Positions 17,631-27,424 of a DNA stretch of 40,054 nucleotides are shown piece by piece. The first letter of the stretch is position 1; each line of letters starts with the position of its first letter. The notes under the pieces are model-generated. The model was not told where the DNA came from. It ran no database searches and saw only the letters and a program-made list of their open reading frames with translations. Origin of the DNA: a virus (lineage: Duplodnaviria > Caudoviricetes); IMG/VR virus record IMGVR_UViG_3300017700_000644, positions 1 through 40,054 of that record, one strand, 5' to 3'. Made by a program: the position numbers and the translations under genes.

Positions 17631-18170
17631 ATGACCGAGACTGCACGAGACAACCTGATTCCGGTCTTCTACATGAAGGCCGTTCAGAACAATTTCGAGA
17701 GCGAGAAGCAGGGCCGCGCCATTTGGGAAGAGGTGGCCTATGTTGAAATCATGATTCCGGGCGACAAGCTCTCCGAGGTTCATGAGAAGGTGAAGGACCA
17801 CCACAAGGAGCGTTGGCCTGACAAGTGGGCTGCTTTCCTCGCCAATCAGGAAGCGCCGACAGACGGGACGCCTCTGAATGATTGGCCTCCGATTAGCCGT
17901 GCGATTGCGATGCAGCTTTCCAGTGAGAAAGTCAGGACCGTTGAAGCGTTGGCCGGTCTGTCCGATCTTCAGCTTGGCAAGGTCATGCCGATGGGCGGAA
18001 ACGCTCTGCGCGAGAAGGCGCGGGTCTGGCTGAAGCAGTCCGAGGACATGGCTCCGATGGCTGAGCTACAGGCCACGCTTGCCGCTGAGACGGCTAAACG
18101 TGAGGCGCTTGAGCGTCAGGTTCAAGAGCTTTCCGCCCTCCTTCCCCGCAAACAGGATCAAGCCGCATGA
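17631..18170 (+). CDS. Conserved hypothetical protein (head-tail region, HhH-like)
   Basis: GRAIWEEVAYVEIMIPGDK, GTPLNDWP, VRTVEALAGLSD; GGAGG RBS. Confidence 0.75.
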   Translation: MTETARDNLIPVFYMKAVQNNFESEKQGRAIWEEVAYVEIMIPGDKLSEVHEKVKDHHKERWPDKWAAFLANQEAPTDGTPLNDWPPISRAIAMQLSSEKVRTVEALAGLSDLQLGKVMPMGGNALREKARVWLKQSEDMAPMAELQATLAAETAKREALERQVQELSALLPRKQDQAA

Positions 18171-18445
18171 CCGCGACCGTGGAACGTGACGCGCGCCCCT
18201 CTCCGGGTCCGCAATTCTTTGAGCATGAAGGCGTGACCATGTTCCGCTTCGTCATCGACTCGGGAAGCGTTATTGGCCCGCGCAAGGCGACGAAGGCCGA
18301 CAAGGAAGATCACAAGGGCGCGTGGGAGCAGTTCAACAAGGGACGGCTTCCGCAGCTTGACCATGACCACGATGGAGTGCCGGGAGGGGCAGCGCCAGCC
18401 GTAGAGGCTCCGCGTCGGGGCCGTCCACCCAAACAGAAGGGCTAG
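18167..18445 (+). CDS. Hypothetical protein
   Basis: Coupled ORF ending in RRGRPPK. Confidence 0.6.
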   Translation: MTATVERDARPSPGPQFFEHEGVTMFRFVIDSGSVIGPRKATKADKEDHKGAWEQFNKGRLPQLDHDHDGVPGGAAPAVEAPRRGRPPKQKG

Positions 18446-18448
18446 GCC

Positions 18449-19156
18449 TTGTCGCTCCTCACTGTCGTCCAGAAGACCTGTCGGCTTCTGTCCCTCCCTG
18501 TTCCTACGGAAGTCGTCGCCTCGACTGACGTTCAGGTTCAGCAGCTTTACGAGCTTGCCAACGAGGAGGGTAACGAACTTGCCGGATCGTATGACTGGCA
18601 AGTCATGCGTAAGCAGCACACGTTCGTAACGGCTGCGACGCCTGCACAGGCTACAGCGGTTCCGGCTGATTGGGACAGGTTCTGCGCCAATACCTTCTTC
18701 AACCGCTCGCAACAGCGGTCGGTGATTGGTCCGATAACGCCCCAGCAATGGCAGGCGATTCAGGCCCAACCCCAACTCAATCGCGTATTCCTTGCTTTCA
18801 TTGAGCGAGACGGTCAGTTTCTGATCACGCCAACGCCCGCCGCTGGCGAAACCATCGCCTACGAGTATGTGACGAAGGATTGGGTTTACAGCGACGACAC
18901 GATTCCCGTCGCGCGCTCGGACTATGAGGCCGACACCGACACGTCGTATCTGGATGAGAAGATCATCATCCTTGGCCTTCGGTGGCGCTTCCTGAAGTCC
19001 AAAGGGCTGGAATATTCGGAAGACTACCGCACGTACATGAGCGAACGCCAACAGAGGCAGGCTCGCGACGGCGGCAACGGCATGATTACGACCACAGGTG
19101 ACGGCGCGTACCTTTTGTCACCTAACATGCCTGTCGGCTCCTTCCCTGGTCCGTAA
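18449..19156 (+). CDS. Head-tail adaptor / tail tubular protein A
   Basis: MSLLTVVQKTC start, size and position before the nozzle gene; LGLRWRFLKSKGLEY. Confidence 0.75.
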   Translation: MSLLTVVQKTCRLLSLPVPTEVVASTDVQVQQLYELANEEGNELAGSYDWQVMRKQHTFVTAATPAQATAVPADWDRFCANTFFNRSQQRSVIGPITPQQWQAIQAQPQLNRVFLAFIERDGQFLITPTPAAGETIAYEYVTKDWVYSDDTIPVARSDYEADTDTSYLDEKIIILGLRWRFLKSKGLEYSEDYRTYMSERQQRQARDGGNGMITTTGDGAYLLSPNMPVGSFPGP

Positions 19157-19350
19157 TGGTTCTCGCTCTCCGTATCTCAGACACCAAGAACCAAGAGACG
19201 CAGCGCAAGCGGATCAATACGCTTCTGGCTGACTATGCGCCTTCGTATGGCTCTGCGCTGCCTGATCCCGCGCTTTCCCCTGATGGCCGACTGTTCTATG
19301 TCGGGACGCAGGGTTATCAGAACCGTTCGGGGGCATGGGTCGCGCTATGA
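19156..19350 (+). CDS. Small hypothetical virion protein
   Basis: Coupled ORF between the tail genes. Confidence 0.55.
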   Translation: MVLALRISDTKNQETQRKRINTLLADYAPSYGSALPDPALSPDGRLFYVGTQGYQNRSGAWVAL

Positions 19351-21041
19351 GACAGGCTGTTCAGCGTACAGGGCGTCAGGCCCTCCAGCCGGTCAATCAG
19401 AACCGCGTGACCATCGGTAAGGCTATCCCTGCCCCTGTGGGGGGGTGGGACGCGCAATCTCCGTTGGCTAACATGCCGCCAGAGAATGCGGTGATCCTCG
19501 ACAACTTCATTCCCCGCGCTGGCTACGTAGAACTACGCAAGGGCTATATCCCGTGGCAGGAGGGGCTTCCTCTTCCGACCGAGACAATCATGGTCTGGCG
19601 CGGCGGAACCACGTCTGTTGCAGATGATATTTTCGCGGCCTGTGGCGGGTCGATCTATGACGTGTCCAACCAGAACGACGCGCCGATTGAGGTCTACAGC
19701 GGCTCGGGCAATGCGCGGTGGCAGTGGGTCAACTTCGCCAACGACGCAGGAACGTTCCTGATCGCCGCTAACGGCGCGGTGGCTCCCGTCTATTACCAAG
19801 GATCATCCTTCGTTGATTCGGCCATCACCGGAACGTCAGGGGTCATCACGCTTGATCCTCGGACGCTGATCGACGTGATGGATCACAAGGGCCGTCTGTT
19901 CTTCGTCCAGAAGGACAGTCTGCGGGTTTGGTTCCTTGCGCCCTTCGCCATTCAGGGTGAGGCGAATCTGCTGGACCTTGGCCCGATATTCGACAAGGGC
20001 GGTTCTATCCTCTGTCAGGCGACGTGGACGCTGGACGGCGGTTCAGGTGCTGACGATCTGGCGGTGTTCGTCACGACGCAGGGCCAGGTTGCAGTCTACC
20101 AGGGCCTTGATCCCTCGGACGCCGATAGTTGGGCTTTGGTTGGGGTGTATGACCTTGGCTTGCCTCTCTCGCGCCGGTCCTTGATCAAGTACGGCTCCGA
20201 CCTGATGCTTCTGACGACGGATGGCGTTGTACCTCTGTCGCAGGCCCTGAAGCTGGACCGGGCGCAAGAGAACCTTGTTGCCCTGACGCAGAAAATCCAG
20301 AACGCCTTTCAGAAGGCGACGCAGCAGTATCGAGGCAATTTCGGTTGGGAAGGCGCTCTCTACACCAAGGGAACGCTGGCGATCTTCAACGTCCCCACGG
20401 CGAGCCTTTCCCGGTCTGAGCAATACGTTCAGAACGTCCAGACGGGCGCATGGTGTCGCTTTACCGGCATTGATGCATTCTGTTGGGCGGTGGCGAATGA
20501 CCAAATGTATTTCGGCGGGGCCGGGGCCGTGTACCTGTGGGACACCGGCTATGCGGACGATACGAACGGGATCACGGGCGACATCAAGACGGCGTTCAAC
20601 TACTTCGGCTCGCGGGGGAGCTTGAAGAAATTCGAGATGCTTCAGCCCATCCTTCGCATTGCCTCGGACATCGCTCCGGCTGTGGAGGTCATTACGGACT
20701 TCAAGGAACGGGTTCCGACCGCTGTTCCCACGTCGATCACCACGACGGGCGGTCAATGGGATTCGGGTCTGTGGGATGTGGCTCTATGGTCCCCTAGCGT
20801 CCAGACGCGGGACAGTTGGACGAGCGTGACCGGCATTGGCTATTGCGGCGCGGTTCGTCTGAGGGTCCAGCCCACGCCGGTTCTCTACATTGACCTTGCC
20901 GTAGGGGATGAAGACGATTCAATCGTCTCGTATGACGGTGACGGGCTTGTGGTGGTTCAGGCCGCTCGGAACACCAACGCAGCCGTGGAAATCATCGCCT
21001 TCAACGTGAAGTACCAGAACCAGACGGGCGGGCAGTTGTAA
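19347..21041 (+). CDS. Tail nozzle / tubular protein B (P22 gp10-like beta-propeller)
   Basis: PAPVGGW, LDNFIP...RKGY, HKGRLFF; beta-rich, about 565 aa. Confidence 0.8.
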   Translation: MRQAVQRTGRQALQPVNQNRVTIGKAIPAPVGGWDAQSPLANMPPENAVILDNFIPRAGYVELRKGYIPWQEGLPLPTETIMVWRGGTTSVADDIFAACGGSIYDVSNQNDAPIEVYSGSGNARWQWVNFANDAGTFLIAANGAVAPVYYQGSSFVDSAITGTSGVITLDPRTLIDVMDHKGRLFFVQKDSLRVWFLAPFAIQGEANLLDLGPIFDKGGSILCQATWTLDGGSGADDLAVFVTTQGQVAVYQGLDPSDADSWALVGVYDLGLPLSRRSLIKYGSDLMLLTTDGVVPLSQALKLDRAQENLVALTQKIQNAFQKATQQYRGNFGWEGALYTKGTLAIFNVPTASLSRSEQYVQNVQTGAWCRFTGIDAFCWAVANDQMYFGGAGAVYLWDTGYADDTNGITGDIKTAFNYFGSRGSLKKFEMLQPILRIASDIAPAVEVITDFKERVPTAVPTSITTTGGQWDSGLWDVALWSPSVQTRDSWTSVTGIGYCGAVRLRVQPTPVLYIDLAVGDEDDSIVSYDGDGLVVVQAARNTNAAVEIIAFNVKYQNQTGGQL

Positions 21042-21044
21042 GCC

Positions 21045-21512
21045 ATGCGCTTGATCAGCGGTCCCTTCTCTCCGCTAGTCGCTCAATGGGTTGCAGACCA
21101 GATCGGGCATGGTCTGGATTGGGGGCCGTGCGAGGCAATCGGGGTCGTGGACAAGAACGATACGCTCATTGGCGGCGTGGTTTTTAACTCGTATCAACCT
21201 CAGTACCGGAACATAGAGGTAAGTTTTGCCGCGATCCGGCCCAACTGGTTGACGCCTAACCTAGTGACGGGCATACTCAGCTACGCTTTCGACCAGCTCG
21301 ACTGCCAGCGGATCACCAGCCTAACGCCCAAGAAACTGCGTCGGGCTCGCCAGTTCCTCCAAAAGTTTGGGTTCAAACACGAGGGGACTGTGCGACGTGG
21401 TTACGGTGATGACGACTGTATCATATCCGGCCTTCTCAAAAGCGAATGGCAAAACCATCGCTTCAATAAAGGCCGCGTAGATGTCGAAACCGAAGCCCCC
21501 CGCAGCACCTGA
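21045..21512 (+). CDS. GNAT-fold protein (P22 gp14 / T7 gp13-like position)
   Basis: YAFDQLDCQRIT...FLQKFGFKHEGTVR GNAT signature. Confidence 0.8.
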   Translation: MRLISGPFSPLVAQWVADQIGHGLDWGPCEAIGVVDKNDTLIGGVVFNSYQPQYRNIEVSFAAIRPNWLTPNLVTGILSYAFDQLDCQRITSLTPKKLRRARQFLQKFGFKHEGTVRRGYGDDDCIISGLLKSEWQNHRFNKGRVDVETEAPRST

Positions 21513-22371
21513 TCCGGTCCAGCTTGCGAACGCTCAAAGCGCCGCGAATATGCAGACGGCGCAAGCCCAACAAAAGTTGAACCTCATAAATTCCCGAGGT
21601 CCACAAGGCTCGGTGAGTTATGTCGCTGATCCGTCTGCTCCCGGAGGCTTCCGCCAAGAGACGGCGCTTTCCCAACCCGAACAGCAGAACTATGACCGCT
21701 CCACGGCTGTCTATGGCGGCGCTCTGGACACGGCGGGTCAGCAGCTTGGGCGGGTCAATGACGCGCTAGGCCAAGGCTTGAACACCGAAGGGCTTCCGGG
21801 TCTGCAAGGATTCGACCCCGCTGCGTTTGACCGTCAGAAGTACGAGGACAACGCCTATCAGCAGGCGACTCGCCGTCTGGACCCGCAGTGGCAGAAAATC
21901 GAGGATTCGACAGACGCGAAACTCGCCGCTCAGGGCTTGGGTGCAAACAGCGACGCAACCCGCAATCTGCGCCAAGACCTGATCCGGGATCGTAACGACG
22001 CCTACGGACAGGCGCGGGCTGACTCTCTGAACCAAGGCGGCGTTGAACAGGCGCGAGCCATTCAGCAGGGCCTAGCGGGCTCCACGTTCAACAATCAGGC
22101 GCGGACGCAGGGCCTTCAAGAGCGTGCCTATGTCCAGAACCAACCGCTTGCTCAACTTCAAGCCCTGCTTGGAACGGGTCAGGTCGGAATGCCGCAAGGC
22201 GTCCAATACACGCCAACCAGCGTTGGTCAGACCGATGTTCTCGGGGCTCAGGGTCTCGCGCTGAACCAGCAAAACCAGAACTACCAAACGAAGATGCAGC
22301 AGCAACAGGGCATGTTGGGCGGCCTGTTCAGTCTCGGGTCTGCTGGCCTCGGTGCTTGGGGAGCGCGCTAA
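21481..22371 (+). CDS. DNA ejection / internal virion protein
   Basis: KPKPPAAPDP start; Gln/Ala-rich; Gly-rich hydrophobic C-terminus. Confidence 0.7.
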   Translation: MSKPKPPAAPDPVQLANAQSAANMQTAQAQQKLNLINSRGPQGSVSYVADPSAPGGFRQETALSQPEQQNYDRSTAVYGGALDTAGQQLGRVNDALGQGLNTEGLPGLQGFDPAAFDRQKYEDNAYQQATRRLDPQWQKIEDSTDAKLAAQGLGANSDATRNLRQDLIRDRNDAYGQARADSLNQGGVEQARAIQQGLAGSTFNNQARTQGLQERAYVQNQPLAQLQALLGTGQVGMPQGVQYTPTSVGQTDVLGAQGLALNQQNQNYQTKMQQQQGMLGGLFSLGSAGLGAWGAR

Positions 22372-23904
22372 ATGGCCCGTGAGCCTATGCCCGCGCCGCG
22401 TCCGCTTGAAAGTCCGGCTGTACGCCGTAGCGCCCTGCTGGCTAAAATGCTGGAGGAACAGCGCCAGCCGACCGAAATCAAGGGCGGTTATGGCGAACTT
22501 GCGGCCCGTCTGCTGGCTCAGGGAATCACGCAGTTCGGAGCCAATCGCGCTGACAAGGCGGTGAAGACCGAGCGCGACACGCGGGACAACGCTCTACGGG
22601 CTTCGCTTCTTGCTGGCCTTGGTGGTGGCGTTCCTTCGGCCTCTCCAACCCCCGCTCCCGTCTCTCCCGGTCCTGTCGGTCAAGGCCCCGTGTTGGCTAA
22701 CGCTATCGCGCCACAACCGGCTGCTCCGGCTCCTATTCCGAATCCGTCTGTTCCCACGCCGGGTCCGACCATGCAGGGCGTAATGCCGTCCGCTCCGCAG
22801 GCCGCTTCTCCGGTCGCGGCTTCCGCTCCAACCCCAACACCTAGCCCAACACCCGCACCTGCTGCGCCTCAATCGGCCCCGCCTCCGCAAAGCAACACTG
22901 ATGGTCCGACGCCCCAAGAGGCCGCACTTATCCGTCAGGCGATCAATAGCGGCGATCCTGGTCAGCTTGCGTGGGCTCAACAGTTGTACGGAGAGATTCA
23001 GTTGCGCGCCGCTGCGCCTTCCGAATGGAAGGACGTTTCGGTTAACGGCGTCCAGTATATCCGCGACCAGCGCGGCAACTCTCGTCCGCTGTTTGGCGAC
23101 GAAGGCGTTCCCGAGGCTGCACAAAGCCAGACGTTTGTTGCGGGCGAGAACAACGAATACGGCGCTCCCGCTGGAACTCTTCTGTCGCGTTCACCGTCTG
23201 GCGTTGTGTCGGTGGTCAACAAGCCGTCTGAAGGCTACGAACTGGTCGGCGGGACGCTGCGCCCCCAACGCGGGGGCCGTGAAGACATCACATCGCCTAG
23301 CCGCTCGTTCCAAGAGCTTTCGGCGGTGCGTCAGGAAATCCGGCCCATTCTGGACCAGGCGACGGCGCTTCAACGCGCTCACAACTCGCTTATTTCGGGT
23401 GTCGCTCAACGCAACGGCCCCGGAGACGTGGCGGCAATCAATGGTTTCCAGAAGCTTGTTGATGATGGCGTGGTGCGCGAGGGCGACGTTACGACCCAAC
23501 TGCGGGCGGCGGGCCTTGAAGGCGGCATTGCAGGCCTGACGGCGTACCTCACCTCCAGCGGACGCCTGAACGATGAAATCCGCGACAAGATGAAGATCGC
23601 GGGCGATGCTATTTTCGCAGCCCAAAACCGGACGTTCCAAGAGCGGGCCTTGGGCTATGCGCCGCTGGTCAATCGCACATTCGGAGAGGGGGCCTTTGAC
23701 GACATTCTGCCTCCGTCCACGCGCGAGGCGTTCGGTTGGACGGGTCCGGTTCCGGGCGGCGGAACTGACCGCCGCGCTCCATCCCGTCCGCAAGGCGCGC
23801 GCCCCGCTGCACGGCCATCGGGCAATAACGGCAACGTACTGCGTCAGACCTTCACGCCAGAACAGGCGGCGGCGGAACTGCGTCGCCGTCAGGGCGGTCG
23901 ATAA
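22372..23904 (+). CDS. DNA ejection / internal virion protein with Pro-rich linker
   Basis: Position among the ejection genes; Pro/Ala-rich segment; VVREGD motif. Confidence 0.65.
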   Translation: MAREPMPAPRPLESPAVRRSALLAKMLEEQRQPTEIKGGYGELAARLLAQGITQFGANRADKAVKTERDTRDNALRASLLAGLGGGVPSASPTPAPVSPGPVGQGPVLANAIAPQPAAPAPIPNPSVPTPGPTMQGVMPSAPQAASPVAASAPTPTPSPTPAPAAPQSAPPPQSNTDGPTPQEAALIRQAINSGDPGQLAWAQQLYGEIQLRAAAPSEWKDVSVNGVQYIRDQRGNSRPLFGDEGVPEAAQSQTFVAGENNEYGAPAGTLLSRSPSGVVSVVNKPSEGYELVGGTLRPQRGGREDITSPSRSFQELSAVRQEIRPILDQATALQRAHNSLISGVAQRNGPGDVAAINGFQKLVDDGVVREGDVTTQLRAAGLEGGIAGLTAYLTSSGRLNDEIRDKMKIAGDAIFAAQNRTFQERALGYAPLVNRTFGEGAFDDILPPSTREAFGWTGPVPGGGTDRRAPSRPQGARPAARPSGNNGNVLRQTFTPEQAAAELRRRQGGR

Positions 23905-26372
23905 TGGCCGGTCCCATTCCGCAGGACATCACCCAACTGACGGACGCGCAACTTGACGCGCTGATGAATCTCGGCTCCCCGCGTGGCGTTCGGAACAACA
24001 ATCCGGGCAATGTCGAGGACGGGGATTTTGCCAAGGGACTGCCAGGATATGCGGGCTCAGACGGACGCTTCGCCATTTTCGACACGCCGGAAAACGGCAA
24101 GAACGCGAATCTGCGCCTGCTCCAGCGATACGGGGAGACAGGCCGAAACACTGTCGCCAAGGTCATTGCTGATTGGGCTCCGTCCACGGAAAACGACACG
24201 GCGGCTTATGTGGCGCGTGTTTCGCAACAACTTGGCGTGGAGCCTGACGCGCCGCTGAACCTGTCTGATCCGGCTGTGCAATCGGCCCTGTACGACGCGA
24301 TTCATGGCGTGGAAAACGGTCAATCAGCTGACGACATTTCGATGGTCGATGATGCGGAGTTGAACCGTATAGCGTTTGGCGCGGCGGGAACCGAGGATGA
24401 TCCCATTGATCTGGCGACCATCGCACGTGAGGACGCTGCTGCTCTGGTTCGCGGTATGTGGGTTCGCGGCCCTGATGGGACTGTTTACGCTCTCCCGTCT
24501 GATCCGACTGAAGGCGTGGCTAAGGCGGGTGATGAGCCTCAGTCGCCGGGGGTTCTGGTTCGTCCGCAGAGCGTCGCGGAGGACATGGCGAAGTCGCTTC
24601 CGACCGGCGTTGTAGAGGGCATTACGGGCGCTGTGGGGCTTCCGGGTTCGCTGGCTCAGATGGTCGGAGCGGGTCCGCAGTTGTTTGGCCCGTCTGGCGA
24701 GCAACTGAACGAGGGCATCCGTCAGGGCTTGGGCCGCGACTACTATCAGCCCCAGACCGTTCCCGGCGAGTATGCGCGGACGGTTGGGGAGTTCCTTCCG
24801 GGAGCGTTCACGCCCGGAGGTGTGGGGACCAAGATCGCGTCTGCTCTGGTTCCGGCCTTGACCAGCGAGACAGCGGGACAAGGCGCAAGGATGCTCAATG
24901 GAGGCCAAGAGGGCTCTATGGGTGAAGGAATCGCTCGCATGGCCGGGGGGTTTGCGGGCGGTTTGGGGGTTGGCGGCGTAACGGCTATTCGCGGGGGTGC
25001 GGATAACGTGCTGAACAGCGCGGCCCGAGGCGTAACGCCGGAACAGTTGGCGATGGCTGCGGCTCTCCGCGCTCGCTCTCCTGTCCCCCTGACCAATGCG
25101 GAGGCCCTTCAGCAAGTGACGGGCGGCGGGACCGGTTTGGGCCGCGTCCAACGGGTTGTGGAGGGCGCAACGTCGCGGTTGGCTCCGACAATGGCTGAGC
25201 GTCCCAACGCGGTGAATGCTGCGATTGCGAACGTGTTGGATCAGATCAGCCCGTCGGTTCCGGGTCCGCAAGTCGCTGGGCAGGCTCAAGAGGCGGCGGG
25301 CGGCGTTCTCAACACCATGCGCCAGCGCGTGAACGAGAGTGCGGACCCGTTCTATGGCCGCCTTCCGGGGCAGACGCTTGCGCCTGATGATCTGGCGACG
25401 CTGCAAGCCAATCCATCGTACCGTCTTGCATCAGATCAACTGATGGGCGACCCGGAGCTTGCCGCATTGGTGAGCGGAGGCCCTGAAGACCTTTCAACCG
25501 TCAATCGCGTCATTCAGCAACTCGACACGATGGAGGGGCAGGCGCGTCCGGGCGTGATGAACCCGACCGGCAACAATACGCTGGCCTCTCAGCGCGAGCA
25601 GGCGGCGTCTCTTGCTCGTCAATTGGCTGGAGACGCTTCGCCTGACTTTGCGACAGCACGGCAAACGGTTGCGACAGGTCGTGAGGCCTTTGTTGAGCCG
25701 CTTCGTCGCGGGCCAATCGGAGCCATTGCCGGTCAGTCCGAGGTTCAGCCGAACCTTGCCGGTCAGACTCAAGCCCTGTTCCCGTCTCAGCCCTTTGAAG
25801 GCCAAGCAGCGGAAACCACGCAAGCCCTTCGTCTCATGAACGAAGTTGATCCGAACGTCGCAGGGCCGCTTGTGCGTCAGCATCTGGCGCGATCCGCTGC
25901 GGAAGCCAATCAATCCAATGTCGGCGGCGCTAATGCGTTCGGCGGGGCCAAGTTTGCGGCTCAGACCTTCGGCAACCCCATCCAGAATGAAACAATCATG
26001 GGCGCGGTCGATACGGCGGCTCCGATGGCAAGCCGTGACTTGCGCGATCTGGTCGAGGCGTTGCAAGCGACGGGTCAACGCGAGGCTGGCGGCTCCAACA
26101 CGTCGTTCAACAACGAGCTTATCGGGCAGATGCGGGGCGGGAACGCTGCAAACGCTGCGGCTCAATCGATCACCAACCCGATGGGTATTCCGGGCCGTAT
26201 CGCCGGGTCCATTGATGATTGGACCGCTCGCCGCAATGCGGACGCTCTGGCTGATCTGCTGCTTGCCAACTCGGACGAGTTCAGCGCCCGTCTGACCCGC
26301 GCTATCAATCGCCCCCGTGGCGCTAACCGTTTCCGTACCGGCGTCGCCGTCGCGGCAGGGCAGGAGGACTAG
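23904..26372 (+). CDS. Large ejection protein with N-terminal lysozyme-like domain
   Basis: PRGVRNNNPGN...FAIFDTPENG...WAPSTENDTAAY motif; Gly/Ala-rich amphipathic region. Confidence 0.75.
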   Translation: MAGPIPQDITQLTDAQLDALMNLGSPRGVRNNNPGNVEDGDFAKGLPGYAGSDGRFAIFDTPENGKNANLRLLQRYGETGRNTVAKVIADWAPSTENDTAAYVARVSQQLGVEPDAPLNLSDPAVQSALYDAIHGVENGQSADDISMVDDAELNRIAFGAAGTEDDPIDLATIAREDAAALVRGMWVRGPDGTVYALPSDPTEGVAKAGDEPQSPGVLVRPQSVAEDMAKSLPTGVVEGITGAVGLPGSLAQMVGAGPQLFGPSGEQLNEGIRQGLGRDYYQPQTVPGEYARTVGEFLPGAFTPGGVGTKIASALVPALTSETAGQGARMLNGGQEGSMGEGIARMAGGFAGGLGVGGVTAIRGGADNVLNSAARGVTPEQLAMAAALRARSPVPLTNAEALQQVTGGGTGLGRVQRVVEGATSRLAPTMAERPNAVNAAIANVLDQISPSVPGPQVAGQAQEAAGGVLNTMRQRVNESADPFYGRLPGQTLAPDDLATLQANPSYRLASDQLMGDPELAALVSGGPEDLSTVNRVIQQLDTMEGQARPGVMNPTGNNTLASQREQAASLARQLAGDASPDFATARQTVATGREAFVEPLRRGPIGAIAGQSEVQPNLAGQTQALFPSQPFEGQAAETTQALRLMNEVDPNVAGPLVRQHLARSAAEANQSNVGGANAFGGAKFAAQTFGNPIQNETIMGAVDTAAPMASRDLRDLVEALQATGQREAGGSNTSFNNELIGQMRGGNAANAAAQSITNPMGIPGRIAGSIDDWTARRNADALADLLLANSDEFSARLTRAINRPRGANRFRTGVAVAAGQED

Positions 26373-26374
26373 AC

Positions 26375-27424
26375 GTGAGTCGGAACGGATCGGGCACTTA
26401 CACGCCCCCAGCAAATACCTGGAATCCCGCAACGCCCGACACGGCGATTCTGTCGGACGACTGGAATACGACGCTCTCTGACATTTCCACGGCGCTTAGT
26501 CAGTCGCTGGCTAACGACGGTCAGACTACGGCTTCCACGGTCATTCCGTTTGCTCAGGGGATCACGGTCTCCAACGGCCTTCTCGCCTCCCCGTCCATTG
26601 CCGCGATCAGCGACGATGATACGGGCGTCTATTTCCCCGCTGCGAATAGCGGAGCCATTGTTGCTGGCGGTGTTGCGGCGATGGTGTGGACTGATACGGG
26701 CGTCACCTTCCCGCTTGCTGTAACGTTTGCGGGCTCGCCTTCTATCACGGGGAACCTGACCGTAACCGGAAACCTGACGGTCAACGGCGATACGGCCATT
26801 GGAAACGCTTCGGGCGACACGCTCACGGTGGCTGCTACAGGCACTTTTACTGGTCCGCAGACATTCAACGGAGCGGCAACGTTTACCTCTACGGTGACGG
26901 TCCCTGACGCGTCGTTCTCGAATGCCAAGCTGGCTACCGTAGCCACGGCGACGTTCAAAGGCCGCACAACGGCGGGGACGGGCGCGGTTGAAGACCTGAC
27001 CGTTACGCAGGCCACGGCCCTGCTTAACAACGTCGTGGGCGATTCCGGCTCTGGCGGGACGAAGGGCCTTGCTCCGGCTGCTGCTGCGGGTGATGCGGCG
27101 AAGCAATTTTATCTGACGGCAGCAGGTACTTACGCCAATGAGCGCAAGGCGTGGGCTGCCATCACGGGAGCATCTGGCGCGCTGATCGCCGGACGAAATG
27201 TCTCAATTTCCCGGACGGGGACGGGGGCTTATACGGTCACATTCTCAACGGCATTGGCTAGTGCTGCGTTTGCCGTCGTTTTCGGCATCAGCGGTAACTT
27301 CACGGCGCTGTGCCGTGTGACGGACGCAACGCGGGCGACAACCGGATTTCAGTTTACGGTCGTAACCGCCGCTGGCGCGGCCATTGATGTTACAGAAGTC
27401 TTCTTTGATGTGGTGGGTGCCTGA
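26375..27424 (+). CDS. Tail fibre protein
   Basis: MSRNGSGTYTPP anchor; LTVTGNLTVNG repeats; C-terminal SRTGTGAYTVTF domain. Confidence 0.8.
   Translation: MSRNGSGTYTPPANTWNPATPDTAILSDDWNTTLSDISTALSQSLANDGQTTASTVIPFAQGITVSNGLLASPSIAAISDDDTGVYFPAANSGAIVAGGVAAMVWTDTGVTFPLAVTFAGSPSITGNLTVTGNLTVNGDTAIGNASGDTLTVAATGTFTGPQTFNGAATFTSTVTVPDASFSNAKLATVATATFKGRTTAGTGAVEDLTVTQATALLNNVVGDSGSGGTKGLAPAAAAGDAAKQFYLTAAGTYANERKAWAAITGASGALIAGRNVSISRTGTGAYTVTFSTALASAAFAVVFGISGNFTALCRVTDATRATTGFQFTVVTAAGAAIDVTEVFFDVVGA

Noticed and set aside
22620-22900. Pro/Ala low-complexity stretch (also the Q/P runs in the portal)
   Set aside because: These are ordinary flexible linkers with no exact DNA tandem repeat or variable/template repeat pair. 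No reverse transcriptase is present, so this is not a DGR.
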